From a virus, in the IMG/VR virus record IMGVR_UViG_3300050154_000158: a DNA stretch of 59,347 nucleotides; one strand, given 5' to 3'. Made by a program: the position numbers and the translations under genes. This document shows, piece after piece, positions 25,662 through 33,859 of this stretch. Every line of letters starts with the position of its first letter. Position 1 is the stretch's first letter. The notes under the pieces are model-generated. The model was not told the DNA's origin, made no database searches, and saw only the letters and a list, made by a program, of their open reading frames with translations.

Positions 25662-25830
25662 GCCAATAGCAAAAACTGCAGCACAGCGTAAAGCAGCAGA
25701 AGCAGATCGGAAAAAAGCAATTGGTCTTGTCCGGCGTGGAGTCTGGGCTCACCCTGATGATTGGGGTGAAATAACTAAACTTGTGGAAGAGCTAACAAAA
25801 AAAAGACTAACGAATAGCTTGACAACGTGA
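25654..25830 (+). CDS. hypothetical basic 58-aa protein, candidate regulator
   Basis: MNKPIAKTAAQRKAAEADRKKAIGLVRRGVWAHPDDW... Overlaps the upstream gene by 8 nt. Its last codons run into the -35 and operator of repeat copy 2. Confidence 0.45.
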   Translation: MNKPIAKTAAQRKAAEADRKKAIGLVRRGVWAHPDDWGEITKLVEELTKKRLTNSLTT

Positions 25831-25910
25831 GCGCTCACGTCTAATATTAACACATCAGGTAGCTGATGACGGCGCATCGCGTAACAGGTGCAGGAGATAA
25901 AAAATGAATA
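25819..25910 (+). promoter_or_regulatory. promoter-operator-leader unit, copy 2 of the 92-bp direct repeat
   Basis: TTGACA-N17-TAATAT with the perfect 16-bp palindrome ACGTGAGCGCTCACGT in the spacer. Lies exactly 3,333 bp from copy 1. Confidence 0.75.
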
Positions 25911-26224
25911 CACAGTCATTGTTTAAAATGGATTCAGTATCAGAAATGATCGTTGCTGCTGGTGAACAAGATAGAGATTTCAATCTTGCCTACCCTAACA
26001 AATATGTTGGTTATAGCCTGGAGAGAATGAAATTATTGGTTGCTGAGTACAATGCAAACCGTCTAACTAGTTGCCGTATTGCAAAAGGGTCTCAGGTAGT
26101 TGGATTCTGTACAGTAGAAGATGAAAGCGAGGCTGAAGCAATCATCAACTCAAGAATGGAAGAAGTTACCGCAGTTGCTGAAAAAATTATGCGCTGCATA
26201 GCATTAGGAATGGATTTGGTTTGA
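25904..26224 (+). CDS. hypothetical protein (106 aa) driven by repeat copy 2
   Basis: ORF starts in the repeat (ATGAAT) and is followed by a terminator. Confidence 0.55.
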   Translation: MNTQSLFKMDSVSEMIVAAGEQDRDFNLAYPNKYVGYSLERMKLLVAEYNANRLTSCRIAKGSQVVGFCTVEDESEAEAIINSRMEEVTAVAEKIMRCIALGMDLV

Positions 26225-26255
26225 TAGTGACTTAAAAGGAAGGCTATTCGAAATG

Positions 26256-26277
26256 ACCCGCTTCGGTGGGTTTTTTA
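26256..26277 (+). terminator. Rho-independent terminator
   Basis: ACCCGC-ttcg-GTGGGT (one G-U pair) followed by TTTTTT. Confidence 0.7.
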
Positions 26278-26505
26278 TTGCACATTGACTTTCGCAAAAT
26301 GCAAATAAACCACTGTATATCCGATCACCCAGTGATATACTATTGTCTCGGGGTGGTTCCCGTCTCGCTACACACTGTGCTCGCGCGTGATGCGTCAGTA
26401 CGGATGATTCAAACAATCTGCACTAATTGACGTATCTGAGCATTCAGATATTTGTCATATCCGCTTCACGCCGCTGATTCCCTAACAAGAATCAGGAGAA
26501 CGGCG

Positions 26506-26724
26506 ATGCACAATGGTTTACCTAAAAAATCAGACGCTGAAATTGCAGCAGAAATTCGTTCACTTCCTGACGAAACGGTTCTTGCCATGGCTCAGATTGC
26601 CGCGCCGTTCGTTATCGCAATCAGTGCTGCAATATCGTCAGTTTCTATCCAGCAGCCAGAATTCATTGAAGTATCAGCAGAGCAATTCCTTGCTGTAGCA
26701 CCATGTGTTGGTGGTGTTCAGTAA
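26506..26724 (+). CDS. hypothetical protein (72 aa)
   Basis: ATG with an AGGAG RBS that is partly buried in the CTGATTC/GAATCAG hairpin (26477-26499). Confidence 0.5.
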   Translation: MHNGLPKKSDAEIAAEIRSLPDETVLAMAQIAAPFVIAISAAISSVSIQQPEFIEVSAEQFLAVAPCVGGVQ

Positions 26725-27158
26725 TGGCTGTTACAAGATTTTTCCTTCGTGACGCAGGTGTTGTTCTCAACGCCTGTAAGTTCATATCTGCATTGCTAGT
26801 AAACAGTGAGCGTCCTTGGGTTATCGAAATTAAGGAGATGACTCGCTCGCTCGAGCAGAACGCAAAAATGTGGTGCGTCCTCACTGACATCTCTAAGCAA
26901 GTTAAATGGTATGGCGAATGGCTATCACCAGAAGACTGGAAGCACGTTCTAACCGCCGCGCTCAGAAAACAACGCTCTGTACCTGGTATTGGCGGCGGAT
27001 TTGTTGTGCTCGGCCTGTCCACTTCAAAAATGTCTATCCGCGAAATGAGTGATGTAATTGAGTTGGCTCATGCCTTTGGTGCTGAACATGGCGTGAAGTG
27101 GGGCGTCAAGGCGATGGATGGACTCCGCTGGTCTGAAGAGTGGAGGGATGCCGCATGA
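26724..27158 (+). CDS. ninB: NinB-family recombination protein
   Basis: Strong by-eye match to lambda NinB (RSLEQNAKMW.., WYGEWLSPEDWKHVLTAAL, GFVVLGLSTSKM, AFGAEHGVKW). Confidence 0.85.
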   Translation: MAVTRFFLRDAGVVLNACKFISALLVNSERPWVIEIKEMTRSLEQNAKMWCVLTDISKQVKWYGEWLSPEDWKHVLTAALRKQRSVPGIGGGFVVLGLSTSKMSIREMSDVIELAHAFGAEHGVKWGVKAMDGLRWSEEWRDAA

Positions 27159-27367
27159 CATCATTCAATCTCGCAACCAAGACAACCAGAGAACGCATTG
27201 AGGTTGAGTTAGATAAGGCCGCTTCACTGGCTATCTACAAATTGCGTCACGCCAAAACCATCACCCAGCAAGACATAGCAAAGCAGATCGCTGCATTACC
27301 AGCCGATCAGCAGGGCTACTTCTGTCAGCGATTAAATCATCACGAACTACCGAGGTACAAAGCATGA
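27155..27367 (+). CDS. hypothetical protein (70 aa)
   Basis: ATGA-coupled to ninB. Confidence 0.5.
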   Translation: MTSFNLATKTTRERIEVELDKAASLAIYKLRHAKTITQQDIAKQIAALPADQQGYFCQRLNHHELPRYKA

Positions 27368-27543
27368 GCGCACTTAAATTCTTCATCAACGCATTGGCCG
27401 CTTTTGGTGGTCAGTTTTGGTCAGCACCAATGTTTCGAGCAATTGGGTATCACGGATTTGTTCCACCATCACAGCGCAGCAGATTTTCAGGTGTAGCTCG
27501 AGCCAAGCGCGCAGCCCGCAAAGCACGGAGAAGCCGCAAATGA
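27364..27543 (+). CDS. hypothetical 59-aa protein with basic tail
   Basis: ATGA coupling at both ends. Below the ORF-track cutoff. Confidence 0.4.
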   Translation: MSALKFFINALAAFGGQFWSAPMFRAIGYHGFVPPSQRSRFSGVARAKRAARKARRSRK

Positions 27544-27695
27544 GAAATGCTTACAAAGAGCACCGCGAAGCAGAGCAGGCTGGACGCAGTGAAATAGACG
27601 AACAGTTGATGCAGTGGGCCAAAGACAAAGAAATCGAATTGCCAGATGACATCAAAACGCCTGAGCAGTTTGCAGATCGGGTGATGCGCAAATGA
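27540..27695 (+). CDS. hypothetical 51-aa protein
   Basis: ATGA coupling at both ends. This is the C-terminal part of track ORF 27417..27695. Confidence 0.4.
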   Translation: MRNAYKEHREAEQAGRSEIDEQLMQWAKDKEIELPDDIKTPEQFADRVMRK

Positions 27696-28018
27696 TCAAA
27701 CCAAAAACTAAGGCAGAAAAACTATGGCTTTCAGATGTTGCCAGTCTTGGTTGTGCGGTGTGCAGAAATTCAGGGTTTGGTGAATCTCCGGCAGAAGTTC
27801 ACCACGTTCGCAATGGTGTAGGAAAGGGGCAAAGGGCAAGTCATTTCGACACAATTCCGTTATGCCCAACACATCATAGAACTGGTGGCCATGGTCTTGC
27901 CTTGCATGCTGGAAGGCGAACGTTTGAGCAGAACTATGGCACTGAATTGGCGCTCATGTGGCAAACAAAACGGGAAGTAACCGAAATGCGTAAAAACCGG
28001 ATCGGAGGTGCTGAGTGA
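27692..28018 (+). CDS. HNH-type nuclease (Ref / recombination-enhancement-like)
   Basis: CAVCR...EVHHV...CPTHHRTGGHGLALH fits small HNH proteins found in lambdoid nin regions. Confidence 0.55.
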   Translation: MIKPKTKAEKLWLSDVASLGCAVCRNSGFGESPAEVHHVRNGVGKGQRASHFDTIPLCPTHHRTGGHGLALHAGRRTFEQNYGTELALMWQTKREVTEMRKNRIGGAE

Positions 28019-28371
28019 TAACTATCAATCTCCCATGGCCACCAAGCGTGAACCGCATCTGGCGCCGTGTTGGCAATAAAACAATTCTCAGTGCAGAGGG
28101 GCGTGAGTTTCGGAAAACGGTACAGGGTATTTGCGCTATCAATGGAATATCAGGCAAGAGAATGGCCGGCAGATTATCAGTCTGCATTACTGCAAACCCA
28201 CCAGATCGACGCAAACGAGATATCGATAACCTGCAAAAAGCCCCACTGGACGCATTAACGCATGCAGCTGTGTGGGAAGACGATAGCCAGATAGATGAGT
28301 TGTTAATTCGCCGCGACAGTATTGTTTCTGGCGGATCAATCAAAATTACAATTAACGAGATTTCGGGGTAG
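28015..28371 (+). CDS. rusA: RusA Holliday-junction resolvase
   Basis: LPWPPSVNRIW and DRRKRDIDNLQKAPLDALT match E. coli RusA closely by eye. Confidence 0.85.
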   Translation: MITINLPWPPSVNRIWRRVGNKTILSAEGREFRKTVQGICAINGISGKRMAGRLSVCITANPPDRRKRDIDNLQKAPLDALTHAAVWEDDSQIDELLIRRDSIVSGGSIKITINEISG

Positions 28372-28374
28372 GCA

Positions 28375-28809
28375 ATGTCTGATTACGTTGAAGTGGCAGG
28401 ACAAAACAAATACCAAGACACCATGAGTACGGTTAGTGATATCGCAGAGGCCGCTAGATATTCAGGTATCAGAGAGATTCTAATTCGCTGGGGTAATTGG
28501 GCAAGAGAGCAACCACACACAGGATACCCGATTAAATCAGCCGGAATGGGGCAAAATCCAACCGCTGGTAAATGTGAATTGTGCAGCGATGAAGAGGGGC
28601 TGATTGTCGATAAGGCTGTATTGGCTCTGAATGTTGTCGATGAAGAATATTACAAGGTGATCTTCGCTCGGTACGTTATTAACTGCACCAACAAAGAGGG
28701 CGCTGATTACATGGGGATCCCCGTTCGCCGGTATTACGAGAACCTAGCATCAGCTGAGAAGTCACTATCAGTAGCGTTGCTGTCTATAACATCAATTTTT
28801 GAAGCATAA
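28375..28809 (+). CDS. Q-like late-gene antiterminator
   Basis: ILIRWGNWARE...C.LCSDEEG...YYKVIFARYV pattern resembles phage 21/82-type Q. It sits directly upstream of a strong promoter followed by a terminator. Confidence 0.7.
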   Translation: MSDYVEVAGQNKYQDTMSTVSDIAEAARYSGIREILIRWGNWAREQPHTGYPIKSAGMGQNPTAGKCELCSDEEGLIVDKAVLALNVVDEEYYKVIFARYVINCTNKEGADYMGIPVRRYYENLASAEKSLSVALLSITSIFEA

Positions 28810-28835
28810 TTAACACTAAATGATAATTAAATGTG

Positions 28836-28864
28836 TTGACTGTGCGCATAGCGCGCAGTATATT
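28836..28864 (+). promoter_or_regulatory. late promoter (PR' analog)
   Basis: TTGACT-N17-TATATT, 27 bp after the Q-like gene. Confidence 0.7.
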
Positions 28865-28911
28865 CCGTGTTAATGTGCTGTAGTTGTATCTGATAGCATT
28901 TACAGTAAAAG

Positions 28912-28935
28912 AGCCTCGCCTAGTGCGGGGCTTTT
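28912..28935 (+). terminator. Rho-independent terminator about 45-65 nt downstream of the late promoter (tR' analog)
   Basis: AGCCTCGC-ctagt-GCGGGGCT followed by TTT. Confidence 0.65.
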
Positions 28936-28960
28936 GCGTTTCTACTCCAGGAGAAAAGTC

Positions 28961-29236
28961 ATGACCGATACAATTCAAGAGGCCGCAAAGTCCGTAGGTG
29001 ATTTAGCTGGCGAAATCCAAACTGCCGCCGCTGTGGTGGGTACTGTAGTTCCGCAAGCCGAAGAAGTAGTTGCACTGGCTACCGCAGTTAAGTCTGTAGC
29101 TGCTCTGGCATCTGGCGTTGCTGATACCGTTGAAGCCGCTGCACCGCAAATCAAAGCACAGCTGGAACCGGCTCACGGTATTCTGGCTGAAATTGAAGCG
29201 TTATTTGCGAAGCTGAAAGCGCATCTGCATTTGTAA
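28961..29236 (+). CDS. hypothetical Ala/Val-rich helical protein (91 aa)
   Basis: ATG with an AGGAG RBS. First late ORF. Confidence 0.55.
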   Translation: MTDTIQEAAKSVGDLAGEIQTAAAVVGTVVPQAEEVVALATAVKSVAALASGVADTVEAAAPQIKAQLEPAHGILAEIEALFAKLKAHLHL

Positions 29237-29265
29237 TGACGAAGGGGTGATCCTCAAGTCTCCGG

Positions 29266-29381
29266 CTGGTGCGGAAATACCAGAATCACAGTAGAGATAC
29301 TGCAAATCCAATGACCCACCCACGGTTCCCATTTCTCACATGCTAGTCCGACTTGGGTGTCATCTGCCGTGTGAGTGGGTC
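29266..29381 (+). other. structured non-coding segment in the late leader (possible cis-regulatory RNA)
   Basis: Hairpins CTGGT/ACCAG (29266-29283) and CAGTA-gaga-TACTG (29289-29302). A long-range helix pairs GACCCAC.CACGG (29313-29325) with CCGTG...GTGGGTC (29367-29381). Confidence 0.3.
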
Positions 29382-29478
29382 GCCAATTCGTCCTGCGCCG
29401 CTTGGTTTATTGACCTACGCGTGGGATATCAATTTAACGCTCACCAAAACCGGTGTCCGTTTAAAAATTAGGCATTAT

Positions 29479-29685
29479 ATGTTCATCAAAGTAGACCGAT
29501 CACTAATGCGGTCTCAGGACTATGACGCCGCACTCCGAAAAGCCTGTGACATTTTGTCAGCGCAAGGCGCAAAGAATTTCCTGCATTACACAGAGCCAAG
29601 AGTTGTCGAGCTAACTGAGGCCAATGAAAAGTTGGTAGTCAGGGCCGATCAAGTTCATGGCGGTATCTGGCTGGTAAGGGGGTAG
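29479..29685 (+). CDS. hypothetical protein (68 aa)
   Basis: ATG start. The TTG-initiated extension in the ORF track covers the structured region and is unlikely to be coding. Confidence 0.45.
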   Translation: MFIKVDRSLMRSQDYDAALRKACDILSAQGAKNFLHYTEPRVVELTEANEKLVVRADQVHGGIWLVRG

Positions 29686-29687
29686 GA

Positions 29688-29894
29688 ATGGAAATCATCT
29701 ACGCCATGCTGGCTGTATCGGTACTACTGATAATTCAAAACATTGTCACTGGTGAGTTACAGCGACGAGAAGACAAAAAGAAATTCACCATCGCGCATCC
29801 CATCGATTCGCTTTTAGCCGGGATAGCCGAGGCGTTCTTTGCCTGTGCATTAATTCTGGCGATTTTCTACATCCAATATCTACAAAACAACTAA
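29688..29894 (+). CDS. small membrane protein, two TM segments (68 aa)
   Basis: Hydrophobic segments IIYAMLAVSVLLIIQNIV and AEAFFACALILAIFYIQYL. Confidence 0.55.
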   Translation: MEIIYAMLAVSVLLIIQNIVTGELQRREDKKKFTIAHPIDSLLAGIAEAFFACALILAIFYIQYLQNN

Positions 29895-29904
29895 GGCGGT
29901 AAAC

Positions 29905-30150
29905 ATGAAACGCATAGCGGCATCCGTGAACGTCAGAGATGTTTATTACTCACTTAGTTGGAATACACCAACCAATCAGCTTGAAGAAAGTGTAATTCAC
30001 GAAATCAAGCGCCGGTTCGAGCGGCAAGGCATTGTATTCGAAACCCGCCAAGGGTTATTCCCAATCCCACCCTACAAACTCAAAAACGAAATACTTCCTG
30101 ATGGTTTCCGCATTATCCAGATAACCCAAGACCAGGAAGAAGAATTTTAA
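29905..30150 (+). CDS. hypothetical protein (81 aa)
   Basis: ORF with upstream aaGGcGG. Confidence 0.5.
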   Translation: MKRIAASVNVRDVYYSLSWNTPTNQLEESVIHEIKRRFERQGIVFETRQGLFPIPPYKLKNEILPDGFRIIQITQDQEEEF

Positions 30151-30410
30151 CGATTTCCTTCTCGGGCTGTGGCTTGTGGTCTGAAAGTGGGCTGCGTTAG
30201 CTGAGGTTACCTCTTCCTCTGTTGTAGCGCGCAGAACAACCCATGAACAAGCAAGGCATAGGTTTGTATCTCGCATATGACGCGAATCGAGAGAGTTGAC
30301 CTTCATAGGCCAGTTCTGGGCTGGCGCCGACATACCAGTGATTATCTGTAACCGGGTAATCAAGAGTGCATTTGCGAGTGTGCTGCTGATTATCAATTGG
30401 AGTAAACGCT

Positions 30411-30992
30411 ATGGGCAGAAAATCAAAGCTATCAGATGCCCAGTGGAAGCGTATTGAAGAGCGACTGCTAAATGGTGAAGCTGGTAATGCGCTCGCAAAG
30501 GAATTTGGTATAGCACCAAGCACTTTGAGAGAGAAAACCGCTCACCTTAAAATCATTAAAGAATCTGTAAATCAGATAGTTACTGCAGAGTCAAAAATTC
30601 AAGCATTACCGATTTCCGCTCAAATAACCGCTCACTCATATGCCGCGCGGTTACGGCAAATCTCATCGGGGATATTAGAGACTGCCGCCAATGGTGTGAG
30701 AACATCAACAAAGTTATCAAGGTTAGCTGCTGATGCCGCGGAAGAGATGGAATCGTTTAATCCAGATATTGAAGCTGATGTTACTCGAGTAAAGACCATA
30801 TCAGCCCTAACCCGATTATCAAATGAAGCAGCTTCGGTTGGCATGGACTTAATGAAAGCCAATAAAGAGTCAATGTCAGACCCTGACGAATCAAATAACA
30901 AACAACCAGAGATGATCCTGTTAGTAGCGCCGGAGGCAAACGATGACCACGGCGAGGATAGAGCTACCACCGAAGCTGATACCGGTATTTAG
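30411..30992 (+). CDS. terminase small subunit (HTH N-terminus)
   Basis: MGRKSKLSDAQWKRIEERLLNGEAGNALAKEFGIAPSTLREK. Overlaps and precedes the terminase large subunit gene. Confidence 0.7.
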   Translation: MGRKSKLSDAQWKRIEERLLNGEAGNALAKEFGIAPSTLREKTAHLKIIKESVNQIVTAESKIQALPISAQITAHSYAARLRQISSGILETAANGVRTSTKLSRLAADAAEEMESFNPDIEADVTRVKTISALTRLSNEAASVGMDLMKANKESMSDPDESNNKQPEMILLVAPEANDDHGEDRATTEADTGI

Positions 30993-32187
30993 TGGACCTG
31001 CTCGTTATCGTGGTGCATATGGGGGCCGAGGCTCAGCAAAAACCAGAACATTCGCGCTGATGACGGCTGTTCGCGCTTACATGGCAGCAAAGGCAGGCAC
31101 TTCGGGTGTCATCCTGTGTGGTCGAGAGTTTATGAACTCGCTTGAAGACTCTTCAATGGAAGAGGTCAAGCAGGCGATACGCTCCGTTGATTGGCTGAAT
31201 GACTTTTTTGAAATTGGTGAGAAGTTCATTCGCACTAGAGATCGTCGAGTCAGCTACATATTCACTGGACTAAGAACAAACCTTGATAGCGTTAAGTCAA
31301 AGGCCCGCGTTTTGATTTGCTGGGTTGATGAAGCCGAATCCGTGTCTGAAAAGGCATGGATGAAATTGACGCCAACCATTCGTGAAAACGACTCTGAGAT
31401 CTGGATAACGTGGAACCCTGAACGCGACGGTTCTGCAACTGACAAGCGATTCAGAAAAGCACTTCCAGCTGACGCAAAAATTGTTGAGATTAACTACAAC
31501 GATAACCCATGGTTTCCGGACGTACTTGAACGAGAGCGGCTTAACGACCTTACTCGTCTGGATTACGAAACTTACGCGTGGATCTGGGAAGGCGCTTACC
31601 TCGAAAACTCTGACAAGCAAGTTCTGTCGGGTAGATATTGTGTCAAAGAGTTTACTCCGGGTGACGATTGGGATGGTCCTTACTTTGGCGCTGACTGGGG
31701 TTTTGCGAAAGACCCAAGCGCACTTGTTAAGTGCTGGGTATATAAACAATGCCTATATGTTGAATATGAAGCCTACCAAACGGCCGTAGAGCTTGATGAC
31801 CTGCCTTGTTTTTTCAGGACAATTCCCGATTCAGACAAATACGTTATACGTGCAGACAACTCTCGGCCAGAAACGATTAGCTACATGCAGAGGCATGGAT
31901 TCCCTCGCATAACCGCATGCAGCAAATGGCCTGGCTCTGTAGAGGATGGAATTGCTCACCTTAGAGGGTATGAGCAAATAATTATCCATCCGCGCTGCAA
32001 AAATGTAGCAACCGAAGCCAGAACGTATAGCTACAAAATTGATCGCATAACCGGCGATATTCTTCCAATCGTTAAAGACGCAAACAACCATGCTATCGAT
32101 GCCATTCGATATGCAATAGAAAAAATCATCAAACGAATGCAGCTAGGCATGCTCGACTACTACGCAAACAAGGCGAACACATCATGA
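30943..32187 (+). CDS. terminase large subunit (PBSX/Terminase_3-like)
   Basis: Walker A YGGRGSAKTRTFA. 414 aa, GGAGG RBS, nuclease-domain acidic residues near the C-terminus. Confidence 0.85.
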   Translation: MTTARIELPPKLIPVFSGPARYRGAYGGRGSAKTRTFALMTAVRAYMAAKAGTSGVILCGREFMNSLEDSSMEEVKQAIRSVDWLNDFFEIGEKFIRTRDRRVSYIFTGLRTNLDSVKSKARVLICWVDEAESVSEKAWMKLTPTIRENDSEIWITWNPERDGSATDKRFRKALPADAKIVEINYNDNPWFPDVLERERLNDLTRLDYETYAWIWEGAYLENSDKQVLSGRYCVKEFTPGDDWDGPYFGADWGFAKDPSALVKCWVYKQCLYVEYEAYQTAVELDDLPCFFRTIPDSDKYVIRADNSRPETISYMQRHGFPRITACSKWPGSVEDGIAHLRGYEQIIIHPRCKNVATEARTYSYKIDRITGDILPIVKDANNHAIDAIRYAIEKIIKRMQLGMLDYYANKANTS

Positions 32188-32483
32188 CAGTAAGACTACA
32201 CCCACCATCAGATGCAAAATCACCAATCACGGTTTTTGGTCGTTCATACAACCCTGCGGTCGGCGTTCAGGATGTTCCAGACCATGATGCTCCAGTTCTA
32301 CAGGCTAATGGTTGGATCAACGCAGCATCTGGAAATGGCAGCACATTGTCCAATTCCGGAACAACAACAGTAAGACCGGCGAACCCACAGAAAGGCCAGC
32401 CATATCTCGATACCACGCTGGGGATCACTATTATTTTCGACGGCAAGGTATGGCGTAACTCCATTACTGGCGCAGCTGTGTGA
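32184..32483 (+). CDS. hypothetical protein (99 aa) with fibre-like C-terminal motif
   Basis: ATGA-coupled to terL. The C-terminus reads RPANPQKGQPYLDTTLGITIIFDGKVWRN. Confidence 0.5.
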   Translation: MTVRLHPPSDAKSPITVFGRSYNPAVGVQDVPDHDAPVLQANGWINAASGNGSTLSNSGTTTVRPANPQKGQPYLDTTLGITIIFDGKVWRNSITGAAV

Positions 32484-32492
32484 GGATTTTAA

Positions 32493-33833
32493 ATGGAAGG
32501 GCAAAAGGTTCCGATTTCTGATGGTCTGATTGCCCGGGTGTCTGGTGCAGTAAAAGCCTTTTTTGGCGTCAACCAGACGGCAGGTGGTAGCGCATCAACT
32601 ACATTTTTTGGCCCCGGCGAATCAATTGCACCGGTTGTTAACAATCCAGAGGGATCTGGCGTAATCGGACGTCAGTTTGATTACCAAACCGGATACAACA
32701 AGGTCTATCGACCAAGAAGCACTGAACGAACTACATTTGAGCAGTTGCGGGCGTTGGCTGATAACTGCGATGTTTTGCGACTCGCCATTGAAACCAGAAA
32801 AGACGCAATCGACGGTTTCACGTATGAAGTAAAGCCGCGGGATGGGTCAAAGCAAACCAGAAAATGCAAAGCAATTCAGGATTTCTTGCGATTCCCTGAT
32901 GGTGAGCATGATTTTTCCACATGGTGCCGCGCGATAGTTGAGGACATGCTTGTCATTGATGCTGCCACTATCTATCCGTGGAAAACAATGGGTGGAGACC
33001 TGTATCGCCTTGAGTTGATGGATGGCGCAACCATTAAGCGACTGATTGACCCAACCGGCAGAACGCCAATGATAGGCCCTGCTTATCAACAGGTGATCAA
33101 GGGTGTGCCCGTTGTTAACTACGAATGGGCTGAGCTTATCTACCAACCGAGAAACATAAGAACAAACAAAATTTACGGGTTTTCCGTAGTCGAGCAGATC
33201 GTGATCACGGTTAACACCGCAATACGGCGCTCACTGCATCAGCTGCAATTCTACACAGAAGGTTCGACGCCTGACTTAATTCTAACTCTTCCTGCGGCAT
33301 GGGAAATAGCGCAGATAAAGGAGTTCGAAACCTACTGGAATGACCTTTTATCTGGTGACACTGCTACACGGCGTGGAACGAAATTTGTTCCTGATGGTGT
33401 GAAGGCTGTAAATACCAAAGAGGGTGCGCTCCAAGACTCTTTCGATGAGTGGCTGGCGCGAGTGATCTGCTATGCGATGAACGTCCCTAACCAATGGGCG
33501 ATCAAGCAGCAGACAAGAGCTGGTCAGGATGTAGAGCAGTCATCCGCTGACAAGCGCGGTGATGAGATCACTAAGTCATTTCTTAAGGCTGTAATGGATA
33601 GAGTGATAGCTCAGCATTTCAATGCGCCTGAACTGTCGTTTGAGTGGACTTCTGAGCAAGAAATCGACCCAGAAACAAGGGCTCGCATCTTCGATATTAA
33701 AATCAAGAATAAGTCACTTTCTATTAATGAGGCTAGAGATGCAGATAATCTTGAGCCTGTTGAGCATGGTGACTTTTCACCGCCAACCGACACGCCAACC
33801 ATGGACAATGACAATCAACAAGAGCCCCAATAG
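32493..33833 (+). CDS. portal protein
   Basis: 446-aa ORF following the terminase genes. Size and position are typical. The family was not verified. Confidence 0.7.
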   Translation: MEGQKVPISDGLIARVSGAVKAFFGVNQTAGGSASTTFFGPGESIAPVVNNPEGSGVIGRQFDYQTGYNKVYRPRSTERTTFEQLRALADNCDVLRLAIETRKDAIDGFTYEVKPRDGSKQTRKCKAIQDFLRFPDGEHDFSTWCRAIVEDMLVIDAATIYPWKTMGGDLYRLELMDGATIKRLIDPTGRTPMIGPAYQQVIKGVPVVNYEWAELIYQPRNIRTNKIYGFSVVEQIVITVNTAIRRSLHQLQFYTEGSTPDLILTLPAAWEIAQIKEFETYWNDLLSGDTATRRGTKFVPDGVKAVNTKEGALQDSFDEWLARVICYAMNVPNQWAIKQQTRAGQDVEQSSADKRGDEITKSFLKAVMDRVIAQHFNAPELSFEWTSEQEIDPETRARIFDIKIKNKSLSINEARDADNLEPVEHGDFSPPTDTPTMDNDNQQEPQ

Positions 33834-33846
33834 CGGGCTCTTTTTA
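33821..33846 (+). terminator. hairpin plus U tract overlapping the portal stop codon
   Basis: AGAGCCC-caatagc-GGGCTCT followed by TTTT. Confidence 0.55.
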
Positions 33847-33859
33847 TTTGGGTGATGAA

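Noticed and set aside
26313-26340. Possible LexA (SOS) box CTGTatatccgatcac and nearby inverted repeats
   Set aside because: The distal half-site is TCAC, not ACAG, at the required CTGT-N8-ACAG spacing. Only short imperfect inverted repeats (GTATATC/GATATAC) remain, which is not enough to call an SOS box.
29353-29478. TTG-initiated N-terminal extension of ORF 29353-29685
   Set aside because: The extension has no RBS and runs through the hairpin-rich segment. The ATG at 29479 gives a compact 68-aa protein.
30055-30523. Minus-strand ORFs 30055-30396 and 30197-30523
   Set aside because: They are antisense within the late operon and overlap the terS start. No RBS and implausible sequence.
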